Part shown: in pieces, positions 47,559 to 56,959 of the stretch | Position numbering within the stretch: the stretch's first letter is position 1 | How the letters are laid out: every line of letters begins with the position of its first letter | Position numbers and translations under genes: made by a program | Assembly: GCA_965216635.1 (NCBI GenBank) | Contig: OZ244188.1 | Location: 1,760,001-1,824,000 of the forward strand | Direction of reading: 5' to 3' | Origin: a bacterium | Lineage (GTDB): Bacteria > SAR324 > XYD2-FULL-50-16 > G965216635 | Length of the DNA: 64,000 nt | The notes under the pieces: generated by a model | Database searches by the model: none | Seen by the model: the letters and a program-made list of their open reading frames with translations, nothing else | Told to the model about the DNA's origin: nothing

Positions 47559-49973
47559 TTAAAGTTCAAAATTTTCTTCACTTAACTGCTCATTTTCTAT
47601 CAAATCTTCAGGAGTTTCTTTGCTCTCGGGAGAAATAACATTGCTTTCATCACAAACAGTGGGAACTGTTGTTTTTTTGAAGTATTCGTAATAAATATCT
47701 TGATTTACCTCTCTATCCCTACAATCCAACAAACCATTATGTTTTACAATTTTTACTTTTTTTAAACTTGTGGGTTTTTTGAAATCTAGTTTGCTATAGC
47801 CTTTCAAGGCTGATAACATAAAATTTTTCCAAATGGGAGCTGCTGCTCTGCTACCTGTTTCAAAAACTCCTAAAGAAAAAGTAGGTTGATCATTGCCCAC
47901 ATAAACTCCTGCAATAATTTCTGGAGTATAACCTATAAACCAAGCATCTGTGTTATCATTGGTCGTTCCTGTTTTTCCAGCAATGGCTCTGTTAAATACA
48001 TTTACGCTTCTGCCTGTTCCTTTAGTAATAACATCTTGTAGAATACTGGTAATAATATAGGCTGTAGCTGCAGGTATAACTTGTTTGGTTTGTGGTTCAT
48101 TTTCATAAAGCACTTTTCCATTTCTATCTTTTACTTTTTGAATCATATAGGGAACGGCTTGTATGCCATTATTAGCGAAAGCGCTATAAGCATTGGTTAA
48201 CTCTAAAAGTGTCAAAGATGCGCTTCCTAAACTGATGGATAGGTCTCTTTGTATGTGAGATTGAATATTTAATTTTTTAGAAAATTTAATAATATCTTTC
48301 ACTCCTAAATCTATTGCCAACTTGACTGTGGGTATATTTTTACTTTTGTATAGAGATTCTCTTAGAGTCACATTCCCTGAAAAATTTCCTCCATAATTTT
48401 TAGGAAACCACTCAAAATCTTTTTTATAATCATTAAAACCTAAGGGTGTGTCTTCCAAAATAGACGCTGCAGTATACCCTTGGTCTATGGCTGTCGCATA
48501 TACAATAGGTTTAAACGCAGATCCTGGTTGTCTTTTGCTCTGAATAGCACGATTAAATTTGCTAGATTGAAAATTATAGCCACCACTCATCGCTAGTATT
48601 TTTCCATTTTTAGGATTGAGTGCTATGACTCCACCGTTGTTTGTGGGTTCTTGATAAAGTTGGAATCTATGGGAAGCTATATTATCTTTTGATACTAAAA
48701 TTATATCTCCTACTTTAAAAATAGAATGAAAATTTTTTAGCTTAATATCACCTCCTATGAGTCTATTAGGAGACCAAGCTAAAGCCCATTCCGTATCTGC
48801 GATAAAAATTTTTCCTCTGCTATCTCCTAGATTAACCAATAATTCTGTATCTGTGACTTCTTCTACAAAAGCCTTAGAGGCTAAATCTAATTGATTATAG
48901 CGATTAAAAAGTTGAATGTTTTTAATTTCTGTAGCATCTAGTTCGTTATCATCGTTTAGTACTGTGCCTATGGCTCCTCTATAACCATGCCTTTTATCAA
49001 TAGCTATCAATCCTTTTTTTAAAGCCGCTTGTGCTGCTAGCTGAAAATCTAAATTCATAGTGGAATAAACTTTCAAGCCTTGCTTATGCGTTTCTTTTAA
49101 GCCGAGGCTTATCAATTTTTGACGAATTTCTTCTATAAAATAGGACGCTGCAGTTTTGTTTTCTATTTCACTTAAATTCAGATTAATTGGTTTCTTTCTT
49201 GCGGTATTCAATTGCTCGTGAGTAATAAACTTGAGCCCTGCCATCTGACTCAAAACTAGATTCCTCCTTTTCAGTGCTAATTCGGCGTTATTTGTTGGTG
49301 CAAGACGGGAGGGAGCCTTAACAAGCCCAGCTAGCAAAGCCATTTCTTCAATAGTAAGTTGAGAGACTTCCTTAGAAAAATAAATTTTAGCAGCAGCTCC
49401 TATACCCCAGGCGCCGTTGCCCATATAGGCTTTGTTAAGATAGAGCTCTAATATTTCGTCTTTCTCAAATTTACTTTCAATTTGGAAGGCTAAAAGAATT
49501 TCTTTGATTTTTCTGATAATCTTTTTGTCCAAAGAAAGTAAAAAAAGTTTTGCTGTTTGTTGTGTTATAGTACTAGCCCCTTGAGCAAAAGAAAGCGAAG
49601 TTAAATCTACCCATATAGTCTTGATAATCCTTTTGGGACTTATTCCTATATGGCTATAAAAAGAATGATCTTCTATCGCTATAATAGCCTGTTTCATTTT
49701 TTCTGGTATATCTTCTTTAGCTATTAAAATTCTTTTTTTACTAGCAAGCTCTCCTATAAGTTTACCATTTATATCATAAATTTCTGTTGGAAGATCAAAT
49801 TCATAATTTTTCAAATCATCAATATCTGGTAATTTGGAAACAAGGAGTAAAGTGAAAAGTGAAAAGATAAAGAAGCAAAGTCCTAAAAATATAACAAAAA
49901 ATGGATTCATTTTGTGTTTTAATTTTTTAGAAGCTCGGTTAGTGGTTTTTATCTTTGTAAATTTGAGTACCAT
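47559..49973 (-). CDS. mrcA: Penicillin-binding protein 1A
   Basis: EDHSFY.H, QGASTITQQ, RQPGSAFKP (SxxK), SKN, GKTGT. Confidence 0.93.
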   Translation of the reverse strand: MVLKFTKIKTTNRASKKLKHKMNPFFVIFLGLCFFIFSLFTLLLVSKLPDIDDLKNYEFDLPTEIYDINGKLIGELASKKRILIAKEDIPEKMKQAIIAIEDHSFYSHIGISPKRIIKTIWVDLTSLSFAQGASTITQQTAKLFLLSLDKKIIRKIKEILLAFQIESKFEKDEILELYLNKAYMGNGAWGIGAAAKIYFSKEVSQLTIEEMALLAGLVKAPSRLAPTNNAELALKRRNLVLSQMAGLKFITHEQLNTARKKPINLNLSEIENKTAASYFIEEIRQKLISLGLKETHKQGLKVYSTMNLDFQLAAQAALKKGLIAIDKRHGYRGAIGTVLNDDNELDATEIKNIQLFNRYNQLDLASKAFVEEVTDTELLVNLGDSRGKIFIADTEWALAWSPNRLIGGDIKLKNFHSIFKVGDIILVSKDNIASHRFQLYQEPTNNGGVIALNPKNGKILAMSGGYNFQSSKFNRAIQSKRQPGSAFKPIVYATAIDQGYTAASILEDTPLGFNDYKKDFEWFPKNYGGNFSGNVTLRESLYKSKNIPTVKLAIDLGVKDIIKFSKKLNIQSHIQRDLSISLGSASLTLLELTNAYSAFANNGIQAVPYMIQKVKDRNGKVLYENEPQTKQVIPAATAYIITSILQDVITKGTGRSVNVFNRAIAGKTGTTNDNTDAWFIGYTPEIIAGVYVGNDQPTFSLGVFETGSRAAAPIWKNFMLSALKGYSKLDFKKPTSLKKVKIVKHNGLLDCRDREVNQDIYYEYFKKTTVPTVCDESNVISPESKETPEDLIENEQLSEENFEL

Positions 49974-50060
49974 TAGAATTTGGAATTTTTTATAACTTAT
50001 AGTAACATCTTAATAAAGATTATAACTTAAATCTATATTTTAATTTTTGCAAATTCTTTA

Positions 50061-50879
50061 ATGAGAAGAGATTTTAGGCTTTTTGTAGGTGTCTGTATAA
50101 TCTTTTTTTTCTTTTTACTGCTATCTTTTTCTTTTTTTTGGATGCCACAATCCATCTACAAAATTTCATTAGAAAACAGACTAGCGAGTAGTAGTTCTAT
50201 TCACTGGCTTGGAACAGATCAATTAGGTAGAGATTTTTATTCTCGGCTACTCGTAGGAACAAGAAACAGCGTATTACTTTCTAGCCTTGCAATGGGTATA
50301 GGCAGTTTTACTGGAACCTTGCTTGGCTTGCTCTCTATCGGGAGCAGGGCTTCTTTAGCAAGCAAAACATTAAATCATCTCTTAGCAGAAATTAATAAAT
50401 TGCTTATAGCCTTTCCTGTAGTGTTAGTTGCAGTTTTGATCAATGCCTTTTATGGATCAGGAGGCTGGAAAGCAATGTTGGCAATCAGCATTTTCAATAT
50501 ACCTGTTTTTTATTACCTCACCCAAAATATTACTCATAAAATATGGGGCAAAAATTATTTACTCTTTTCGCTGGCTATAGGTGCTACCCGTTGGTCTATC
50601 TACAAACTACATATTTTGCCACAATTGATTAGTCCTTGGTTAGTATTATTTTCTATTCAATGGGGCTTGTCTTTACTTGCCGAATCTTCTTTGAGCTACT
50701 TAGGATTAGGAATACAACCGCCCGAACCCAGCCTTGGCAGAATCATCTACGAATCGCATACTTACTTTTATCTAAAATCTAGTCTGATAATACTACCTGG
50801 GGTTATTCTTTTGTTGCTAATTTTGGGAATGAGCTATTTGGGAGATTATTTTGCAAAATATTTAGACCCCAAAAATTAA
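50061..50879 (+). CDS. Peptide/nickel ABC transporter permease (DppC-like)
   Basis: HWLGTDQLGRD, AIGA...HILP, ESSLSYLGLG. Confidence 0.88.
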   Translation: MRRDFRLFVGVCIIFFFFLLLSFSFFWMPQSIYKISLENRLASSSSIHWLGTDQLGRDFYSRLLVGTRNSVLLSSLAMGIGSFTGTLLGLLSIGSRASLASKTLNHLLAEINKLLIAFPVVLVAVLINAFYGSGGWKAMLAISIFNIPVFYYLTQNITHKIWGKNYLLFSLAIGATRWSIYKLHILPQLISPWLVLFSIQWGLSLLAESSLSYLGLGIQPPEPSLGRIIYESHTYFYLKSSLIILPGVILLLLILGMSYLGDYFAKYLDPKN

Positions 50880-51343
50880 GGGTAAATTTTTTGCAGACCA
50901 AACAAAGCTAAAACTTCTTTTTCTTTGACAAGCATTTTTTTGTCATCGGATTCTGTTTGATGGTGATAATCAGCTAGATGAGTAATTCCGTGTACAAAAA
51001 GCCGTAAAAACTCCGTCTCAAAATCCCAACCATTTTGCTCGGCTTGTTTTTGACAAAAACTGTCGCAAATTGCAATTTCTCCAAAAGGGAATTCTTGCTG
51101 TAAAGCAGAATTTTCCTCTATCCCATTATGCTTCCAAGACAAAACATCAGTCGCCTTATCTATTTTGCGAAAAGAAAAATTTAATTGTTTAATCTTTTCT
51201 TCATCGCACAGTAAAACAGTAATAAAAACAGAACTAGGAATTTCTACCACTTTAAAAACAGCAGCAGACACAGATTGTATTTTATTGGTGAACTTAAGCT
51301 CTAGGGCTCTATCTGTCTCTTGAATAAACTCAAAATTAGCCAT
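50876..51343 (-). CDS. ybeY: rRNA maturation RNase YbeY
   Basis: LN..FR.IDKATDVLS, GEIAI, HGITHLADYHH (HxxxHxxxxxH); start MANFEFIQE. Confidence 0.92.
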   Translation of the reverse strand: MANFEFIQETDRALELKFTNKIQSVSAAVFKVVEIPSSVFITVLLCDEEKIKQLNFSFRKIDKATDVLSWKHNGIEENSALQQEFPFGEIAICDSFCQKQAEQNGWDFETEFLRLFVHGITHLADYHHQTESDDKKMLVKEKEVLALFGLQKIYP

Positions 51344-51357
51344 CTTCAATAAAGTTA

Positions 51358-51936
51358 TTATGCTTTAAGACTAGCCTTCTCTTTTAACCAATAGTCATTT
51401 ACTAATTTTTTAAGACGAACTAGGAAATCTTCATATTTGGGGAATTTTGTATCAATAGGAGGTAATTGTGATTCTAAATTTCGTTCTTTGATTTTACGAG
51501 AGTTTAATTTATGATTGTTGCACGAAAATTCAATGTTTTCTTTTTTAAGAAAATCTTCAAATTGGTCAGCCCATTCTTTATCTTTCCCACGATAAAGAGA
51601 AATATGTGGATTAAATCCATTTTTTCTTATAGGAAAATCTGGTTTATTCCAAATTTTCCGAAGGTTTTCATTTTTTACCTTTAGATATACAACTTCTTCT
51701 TTAGAATTAGAAAATCTACCTACATCACCAATTCTTAAAGGCTTTTCTTGTATAATTTTTTTGCATTTATCAAAGTTTTTTGAAGCTATTTCTTTGTATG
51801 GTCCCCGTACTGTTATTTGTGGAACTAAACCTTTCCCTCCAATAATATGAGTAATTTGCCAAATTAACCCATTGATTTTAGGGTCAAGTATTTCTAAATA
51901 TACTATATTAGTCCTGCTTTTGGGTTTTTTATGCAT
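51358..51936 (-). CDS. 2H-phosphoesterase (2'-5' RNA ligase-like) fold protein
   Basis: PQITVRGP and FNPHISLY about 70 aa apart; VVYLKV strand; first His replaced by Gln. Confidence 0.7.
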   Translation of the reverse strand: MHKKPKSRTNIVYLEILDPKINGLIWQITHIIGGKGLVPQITVRGPYKEIASKNFDKCKKIIQEKPLRIGDVGRFSNSKEEVVYLKVKNENLRKIWNKPDFPIRKNGFNPHISLYRGKDKEWADQFEDFLKKENIEFSCNNHKLNSRKIKERNLESQLPPIDTKFPKYEDFLVRLKKLVNDYWLKEKASLKA

Positions 51937-51937
51937 T

Positions 51938-52900
51938 TTACAGTACTAAGTATTTACGATAATCTAATAATATATTTTCATGCGATAGTGCTTTGTAGAG
52001 ATAATCAGAAAATCGTTTAGCATGCGAATTTATTTGTTCTTGTTTATCTGTTGTTTTCAAATGTTTTTCAATTTCTTCGTCCTCTTTCCAAGCAAGAAAG
52101 TCTTCATAGATATCCAATATTTCTGTCCATTCTGTAAAAAGGTTTTTATCTTCTAGGGAATTAAGTCCCGTAGCCAAACGATCCAGAGGTGATAATTTAC
52201 AATATTCTTTTAAATCATCAATAGAAACTCCTCTTTTGACCACCAAAAGCAAAACTGTAGCAAATACAGTCAACATACGACTAAATTTTAAATTTATATT
52301 TTTCTTTCTCCAGGGTTTTTGAGAACTTCTTATTTCTTCATAATTAAGGCACACCGTTCTCCAATAACGCAGTAAATCATTCAATAAAAATAATGGACGA
52401 AATTCTTCTTTTCCTTTTTCATCACGGTAATAGTGTTGCAAAATAGAATCAAGATGCTGATAATATTTTTCCTTATTAAAAATAGGATTGCTTTCTAATA
52501 GCAAGAGCATTCGCACTGTAAACGAATTACTATTATCATCCTTACGAGAGCCCGTTTCTTTCTTAAGTTCTTCAAGAGAATAAATTTTAAGATACTCTCC
52601 GTCATTACTGAAAGAAGGAAATTTAAGTTCATCATTTAAACGAATTAAATGAGAATATAGAGTATACTCTTCAAGACGACTAGGTTTAAAATTTTCTTCA
52701 GTGGTGATAAATAAATCTAAATCAGATTTTTTTCCAAATTCTAGCCTTGCCAAAGAACCAGCACAAAAAACCATAATTTTGTCATCATCAAAGCAGCCAG
52801 ATTCCTCAAATTTATTGCGGACTAATTCTAATTTTTGACGAGATTTATTTGCTCTTTTTGCTAATCTAGTATGTGATTGTAGTTTTTTTTGAAAATCCAT
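51938..52900 (-). CDS. Pol-beta superfamily nucleotidyltransferase
   Basis: AGSLARLE...SDLDLF (GS + DxD), RMLLLLESNP, NDLLRYWRT; C-terminus DYRKYLVL. Confidence 0.85.
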   Translation of the reverse strand: MDFQKKLQSHTRLAKRANKSRQKLELVRNKFEESGCFDDDKIMVFCAGSLARLEFGKKSDLDLFITTEENFKPSRLEEYTLYSHLIRLNDELKFPSFSNDGEYLKIYSLEELKKETGSRKDDNSNSFTVRMLLLLESNPIFNKEKYYQHLDSILQHYYRDEKGKEEFRPLFLLNDLLRYWRTVCLNYEEIRSSQKPWRKKNINLKFSRMLTVFATVLLLVVKRGVSIDDLKEYCKLSPLDRLATGLNSLEDKNLFTEWTEILDIYEDFLAWKEDEEIEKHLKTTDKQEQINSHAKRFSDYLYKALSHENILLDYRKYLVL

Positions 52901-52976
52901 TTTTACAAAAAAGTTAGCTAGTATAATTCACAAATTCGTCTTGAATAAACTCAAAATTAGCCAAAATTATTTCAAA

Positions 52977-53504
52977 CTAGATGGGGGAAGTTTCAACAGG
53001 GGCAAATTCGCGAACCAGTTTTGTAGGGGCTAGGATTGTTCTTACGATGGCTCTAGATATTTTTCGCAAAAAGATAACAACAAGAAGTATGGGAATCCAG
53101 TAAAACAACAACCCTCCCATATTTGCAATAAAAACTCTCCAAAAAATCCCTTTTGTTTGCTCAAAAACAGCTTTTATTTCTTGGTTCTTACTCTCTTCAA
53201 TTCTTTGCAGATTTTGTTCTACTTCTGTTCTAATTTTAGAATTATTTTTTAAAATTTCTCTCAATTTTAATTCAAACCAAAAATCTAAATGGTGCAAACG
53301 GTTGATATAATTGTTTAGCCCACTATGAACTAAATCAAATACATTTTTGTCGTATTTTTGTTTTTCAATTACAACATTCCTCAATCTGTCTCGTAAAACA
53401 AAAAGTTCGTTGCGTAAATTCCAACGGATAGAAGGCACAAGAATTGCCTCGTAGACAAAATGCCAAATAGCCAAAATAATTAATATGTAAAATAAGATTA
53501 TCAT
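52977..53504 (-). CDS. Hypothetical membrane protein with two TM segments
   Basis: Hydrophobic N-terminal and near-C-terminal helices around a soluble helical core. Confidence 0.65.
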   Translation of the reverse strand: MIILFYILIILAIWHFVYEAILVPSIRWNLRNELFVLRDRLRNVVIEKQKYDKNVFDLVHSGLNNYINRLHHLDFWFELKLREILKNNSKIRTEVEQNLQRIEESKNQEIKAVFEQTKGIFWRVFIANMGGLLFYWIPILLVVIFLRKISRAIVRTILAPTKLVREFAPVETSPI

Positions 53505-53599
53505 TTTATAATTATCACTAGAGTGAAAATTTGCTTTAGGCTTTGTTATGCCCTCCTAAAGAATCAGAAGGACACATTTTTGAAGCAGTGTAGCTTTGG

Positions 53600-53899
53600 C
53601 TATACTTTTCCGTAGAGCAAGAAAGCAATCAACAAAGCATAGATTACAAGAGACTCTATCAAAGCAAGTCCTATAATCATAGGCACAAAGATTTTATCCG
53701 ATGCACCGGGATTTCTAGAAATACCCTCTAAAGCAGCAGCAGACGCCAACCCTTGTCCGATACCGCCACCCAAAGCAGCAATTCCAATCGCCAGACCTGC
53801 GCCCAAAGCAGCAAAAGCAGCCGCGCTAGTAGCATCCTGTGCAAAAAGAGCTGGAACCAAAGCAAAACTAAAAAGCAGTAAACCAAGTAGTTTTTTCAT
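53600..53899 (-). CDS. atpE: ATP synthase F0 subunit c
   Basis: GGGIGQG, RNPGA, LALIESL. Confidence 0.97.
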   Translation of the reverse strand: MKKLLGLLLFSFALVPALFAQDATSAAAFAALGAGLAIGIAALGGGIGQGLASAAALEGISRNPGASDKIFVPMIIGLALIESLVIYALLIAFLLYGKV

Positions 53900-53971
53900 A
53901 AGTTGTTATTTGTTTTATAAGTTAAGGTAAGACTTTTGAATTAAGAGTTTTAATTCAAAAATTTCAAGGTG

Positions 53972-54688
53972 CTAATGAGCATGCTCCATAGCACCCGAAA
54001 GATAAACTAAAGTTAGTAGCAAGAATACAAAAGCCTGCAGACAAGCCACAAACAAGCCTACCCCTAAAAATGGAATAGGGAGAAGCAAGGGTAAAATACC
54101 AAAAAACACACCCACCACCTTATGATCCCCCGTCATATTTCCAAAAAGACGCAACCCCAAAGATATAGGACGAACAAAATGGCTAATCAATTCAATAGGC
54201 AACAAAAGCCAAGCCAGCCACCAAACAGGTCCCGTAAAATGTTTAATATAGGAAAACCCGTGAATAGTCACGCCTACAATATGGGTCGTTAAAAAAACAA
54301 TGATTCCTAAAACTATGGTTGTATTGATCTGATCCGTAGGAGGATTAAAACCCGGGATACTTCCTATAAGGTTATTGAAAAGAATAAAAAAGAAAAGACT
54401 AGCAATAAGAAAAAAGAATTTAGGAGTCTTTTCTCCTAAAAAACCTTTAGTGAAAAAATAAAGTTTGGATAAGGCTATCTCCACCACCCGAGAAAAACTT
54501 AAAGTTTTAGTTGGCTCCACCATTTTATTTTTGCGATACCCCCTCCCCGCAAAAAAAGCAATAACTACTAAAACAAAAGAAGCTATCAGCATATCTATTC
54601 CCAAATGCGGGTCTATCCCGTAATGCTCCATTGTTTCTCCTACAGGATGTAGTAAAGAGCCCCAAGTAAAACTGTTTGTAGATGCCAT
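53972..54688 (-). CDS. atpB: ATP synthase F0 subunit a
   Basis: RPISLGLRLFGNM, LQAFVFLLLT..Y. Confidence 0.97.
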   Translation of the reverse strand: MASTNSFTWGSLLHPVGETMEHYGIDPHLGIDMLIASFVLVVIAFFAGRGYRKNKMVEPTKTLSFSRVVEIALSKLYFFTKGFLGEKTPKFFFLIASLFFFILFNNLIGSIPGFNPPTDQINTTIVLGIIVFLTTHIVGVTIHGFSYIKHFTGPVWWLAWLLLPIELISHFVRPISLGLRLFGNMTGDHKVVGVFFGILPLLLPIPFLGVGLFVACLQAFVFLLLTLVYLSGAMEHAH

Positions 54689-54829
54689 TAGTATTTAAAA
54701 GTAATAAGTTGTAGATTATACTAAAGAACAAAATAAATCAATCATTATTTTGCAAAAAATACAAAAAAATTATAATTTATAGAAAAAACTTGTTTTTTCT
54801 ATAAATTATCTATTATCTTTTAATTTAAA

Positions 54830-54905
54830 GGGCGCTTAGCTCAGCTGGGAGAGCAACGGCCTTACAAGCCGTAGGTCACAAGTTCGATCCTTGTAGCGCC
54901 CACCA
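54830..54905 (+). tRNA. tRNA-Val (TAC)
   Basis: Cloverleaf gggcgct..agcgccc-acca, anticodon loop cttacaa, GTTCGA T-loop. Confidence 0.97.
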
Positions 54906-54924
54906 AATCTTGATTATGTTTGGT

Positions 54925-55183
54925 TTGACATTAGAGTATATTTTGACTAAACTTTGGTAAAAACTAGATAAACTAGGAAAATATTTCTTTAAAAAACCCT
55001 TGCATTAAGTTATATTTTGACTAAACTTTGATAAAATCTAGATAGACTAGGAAAATATTTCTTTAAAAAACCCTTGCATTAAGTTATATTTTGACTAAAC
55101 TTTGGTAAAATCTAGATAAACTAGGAAAATATTTCTTTAAAAAACCCTTGCATTAAGTTATATTTTGACTAAACTTTGATAAA
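54925..55183 (+). promoter_or_regulatory. 74-bp tandem array, each unit carrying a promoter-like motif
   Basis: Units at 54937, 55011, 55085 and 55159 (last partial); TTGACA-17-TAAACT at 54925-54953, then three TTGCAT-16-TAAACT. Confidence 0.75.
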
Positions 55184-55292
55184 GTCTAGTCTAAACTAGA
55201 CACAAACTAGGAAATATCTAGCTAAAATCTAGTCTAAACTAGACACAAACTAGGCATGTTTCTTTAAATTTTAATCTAAATTAAAAAAAATT

Positions 55293-56564
55293 ATGGAAAG
55301 AGTATCAAAAAGAGCGTTAAAAACACCTCTTAAAAATTGTGAGACAAAATTAGCTCAGGCTGGTTTTCAACGGGCGAGTTTTCGTGGGGCGTTATTGCTA
55401 GGTGCGGTTTTGTTGAGTTTGCTATTTGTAGGTAATCTGCAAGCTCAGAGCAGCGTTAGCACAAAACAAGGATTTTTTGCTGGTATTGTCTATCTACAAG
55501 GTTTCGGAGTAGATACCACAAAAACTAGCACAAACTCTACCACTGGCTATAGAGTAACCTATTCAAACGAAACTACTGGAATAGACGCAACCTCTGGGTT
55601 GGCTTATTGGGATACCCCAGCGGGGACGACAGTCGGAATTGGAGTTAGAGCTTTAATAGAGGCAAACTGTGAAAGCGGTGCACTGACTGTTGGAGATTAT
55701 TCTATAGGCTCAGAGATCTTTTTTTCTTTTGATCCTGGTGCGAAACCGTCTTTAGCTGATATTAATAGTCCTACGAATGATGCTACTGTTACTTTTCATG
55801 ACGGCGATATTTCTGATAGAACCTTTCCTTCAGGATTGGTAGCTGGAAAAAAATCCTATTGTGAAACTTACTTTGATAACCTTCCCGAAATTGAGTTTTC
55901 TGCCTATGAGATAGCGACTCCAGATTCGCCTTCAAAACCCCCCGTCACCAGCACAGAGAGCGACGCACTCAACGGTGTCGGTCTGCAATTCGGCTGGCGA
56001 GGGGAAAAATGGAGAGCCTCTCTGACTCACTTTACTGGCAAGGGTGGAGCTAACGAGCTCGTCAATACAGTAGTGATGGCGGAGTATTTTTTTCACGAGG
56101 AGTTTTTTGCAGGAGGTGGTCTAGCGAGTATGAAACTTACCAATGGATCTACTAGCGCCTCGGCTACTAGTCCCGTGTTAACGGTAGGCTATAAGGAGAA
56201 CTTAACTCCCAACCTATTCTTTAATATTAGCTTGACGAAGTATATCTCGGGTATTTCTCTGAGCCGTTCTATTAGTCCTACAGCTGTTGTAAACAAAACT
56301 TTTACCCGCACACAAACTGAACGCGGTAAAGATAGTCATAAAGCAACATTGGGTGGATCCAGGTTGATACTAGATATTTCTGGGACAGGAATCTCACCCA
56401 TATTCGTTTATTCTAATATTCCTCCGGATCAAAGAATAGAAGTAACCCAATTCCGCAGCAGAGATGTGGAAATACAAGAAGTCACAACTCCAGCAGCGCA
56501 GAAAATTGAAGCCGAAATCAAAGCCCCCGTAGTCGTCAGCATCTCCCTCCACTGGCGCTTTTAA
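55293..56564 (+). CDS. Outer-membrane beta-barrel protein (distant paralog 3)
   Basis: Signal ending NLQAQ; LNGVGLQFGW, FAGGGLA, VGYKENL, EIKAPVVVSISLHWRF align with paralogs 1 and 2; terminal Phe. Confidence 0.72.
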   Translation: MERVSKRALKTPLKNCETKLAQAGFQRASFRGALLLGAVLLSLLFVGNLQAQSSVSTKQGFFAGIVYLQGFGVDTTKTSTNSTTGYRVTYSNETTGIDATSGLAYWDTPAGTTVGIGVRALIEANCESGALTVGDYSIGSEIFFSFDPGAKPSLADINSPTNDATVTFHDGDISDRTFPSGLVAGKKSYCETYFDNLPEIEFSAYEIATPDSPSKPPVTSTESDALNGVGLQFGWRGEKWRASLTHFTGKGGANELVNTVVMAEYFFHEEFFAGGGLASMKLTNGSTSASATSPVLTVGYKENLTPNLFFNISLTKYISGISLSRSISPTAVVNKTFTRTQTERGKDSHKATLGGSRLILDISGTGISPIFVYSNIPPDQRIEVTQFRSRDVEIQEVTTPAAQKIEAEIKAPVVVSISLHWRF

Positions 56565-56604
56565 CAAAAAAAAAAACTACAATGGATGTTGCAAAGCATA
56601 ACAT

Positions 56605-56711
56605 GTAGAGACGCCCTACACGGGCGTCTTATATGATGTGCATAAACCACAAAAAAAACTATTTTAATAAAAGTTCTGAATTTATGAGACGCTCGTATAG
56701 AGCGTCTCTAC
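56605..56711. repeat. Inverted doublet of GTAG-type REP palindromes (REPIN-like)
   Basis: GTAG-agacgccc-tacac-gggcgtct on plus; GTAG-agacgctc-tatac-gagcgtct on minus. Confidence 0.7.
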
Positions 56712-56896
56712 AGACCTACATAAAATAAAAAATAACGCCCCGCATTTCCCCAAACATCTTCTTAAGAACGGGGACACATTTTTACCCAAAATGGTTGAAT
56801 AAGCAAAAAATAACGTTCCCGCAAAAACACCTAAAAAACAAAATTGCAGGGGACATTTTTTTAATTCTGCCCCATAATCTTTTTATTTTTTAGAAC

Positions 56897-56925
56897 TTGA
56901 CTTTAATAGGACAATTTGCTAAAAT
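56897..56925 (+). promoter_or_regulatory. Sigma70 promoter, repeated at 58121-58149 and 58904-58932
   Basis: TTGACT-17 nt-TAAAAT conserved in three copies despite spacer substitutions. Confidence 0.75.
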
Positions 56926-56959
56926 AAAATAACCAAAATAAAAACCTTATAAAAGTAAA

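Larger units (their letters stand above)
51318..52963. mobile_element. Two-gene insert bounded by perfect 25-bp direct repeats
   Basis: tcttgaataaactcaaaattagcca at 51318-51342 (ybeY 5' end) and 52939-52963. Confidence 0.75.

Noticed and set aside
53600..54688. atpB-atpE separated from the rest of the atp operon
   Set aside because: A known arrangement in deltaproteobacteria-like lineages
54937..55183. CRISPR array
   Set aside because: Units are contiguous near-identical 74-mers with no unique spacers; no cas genes
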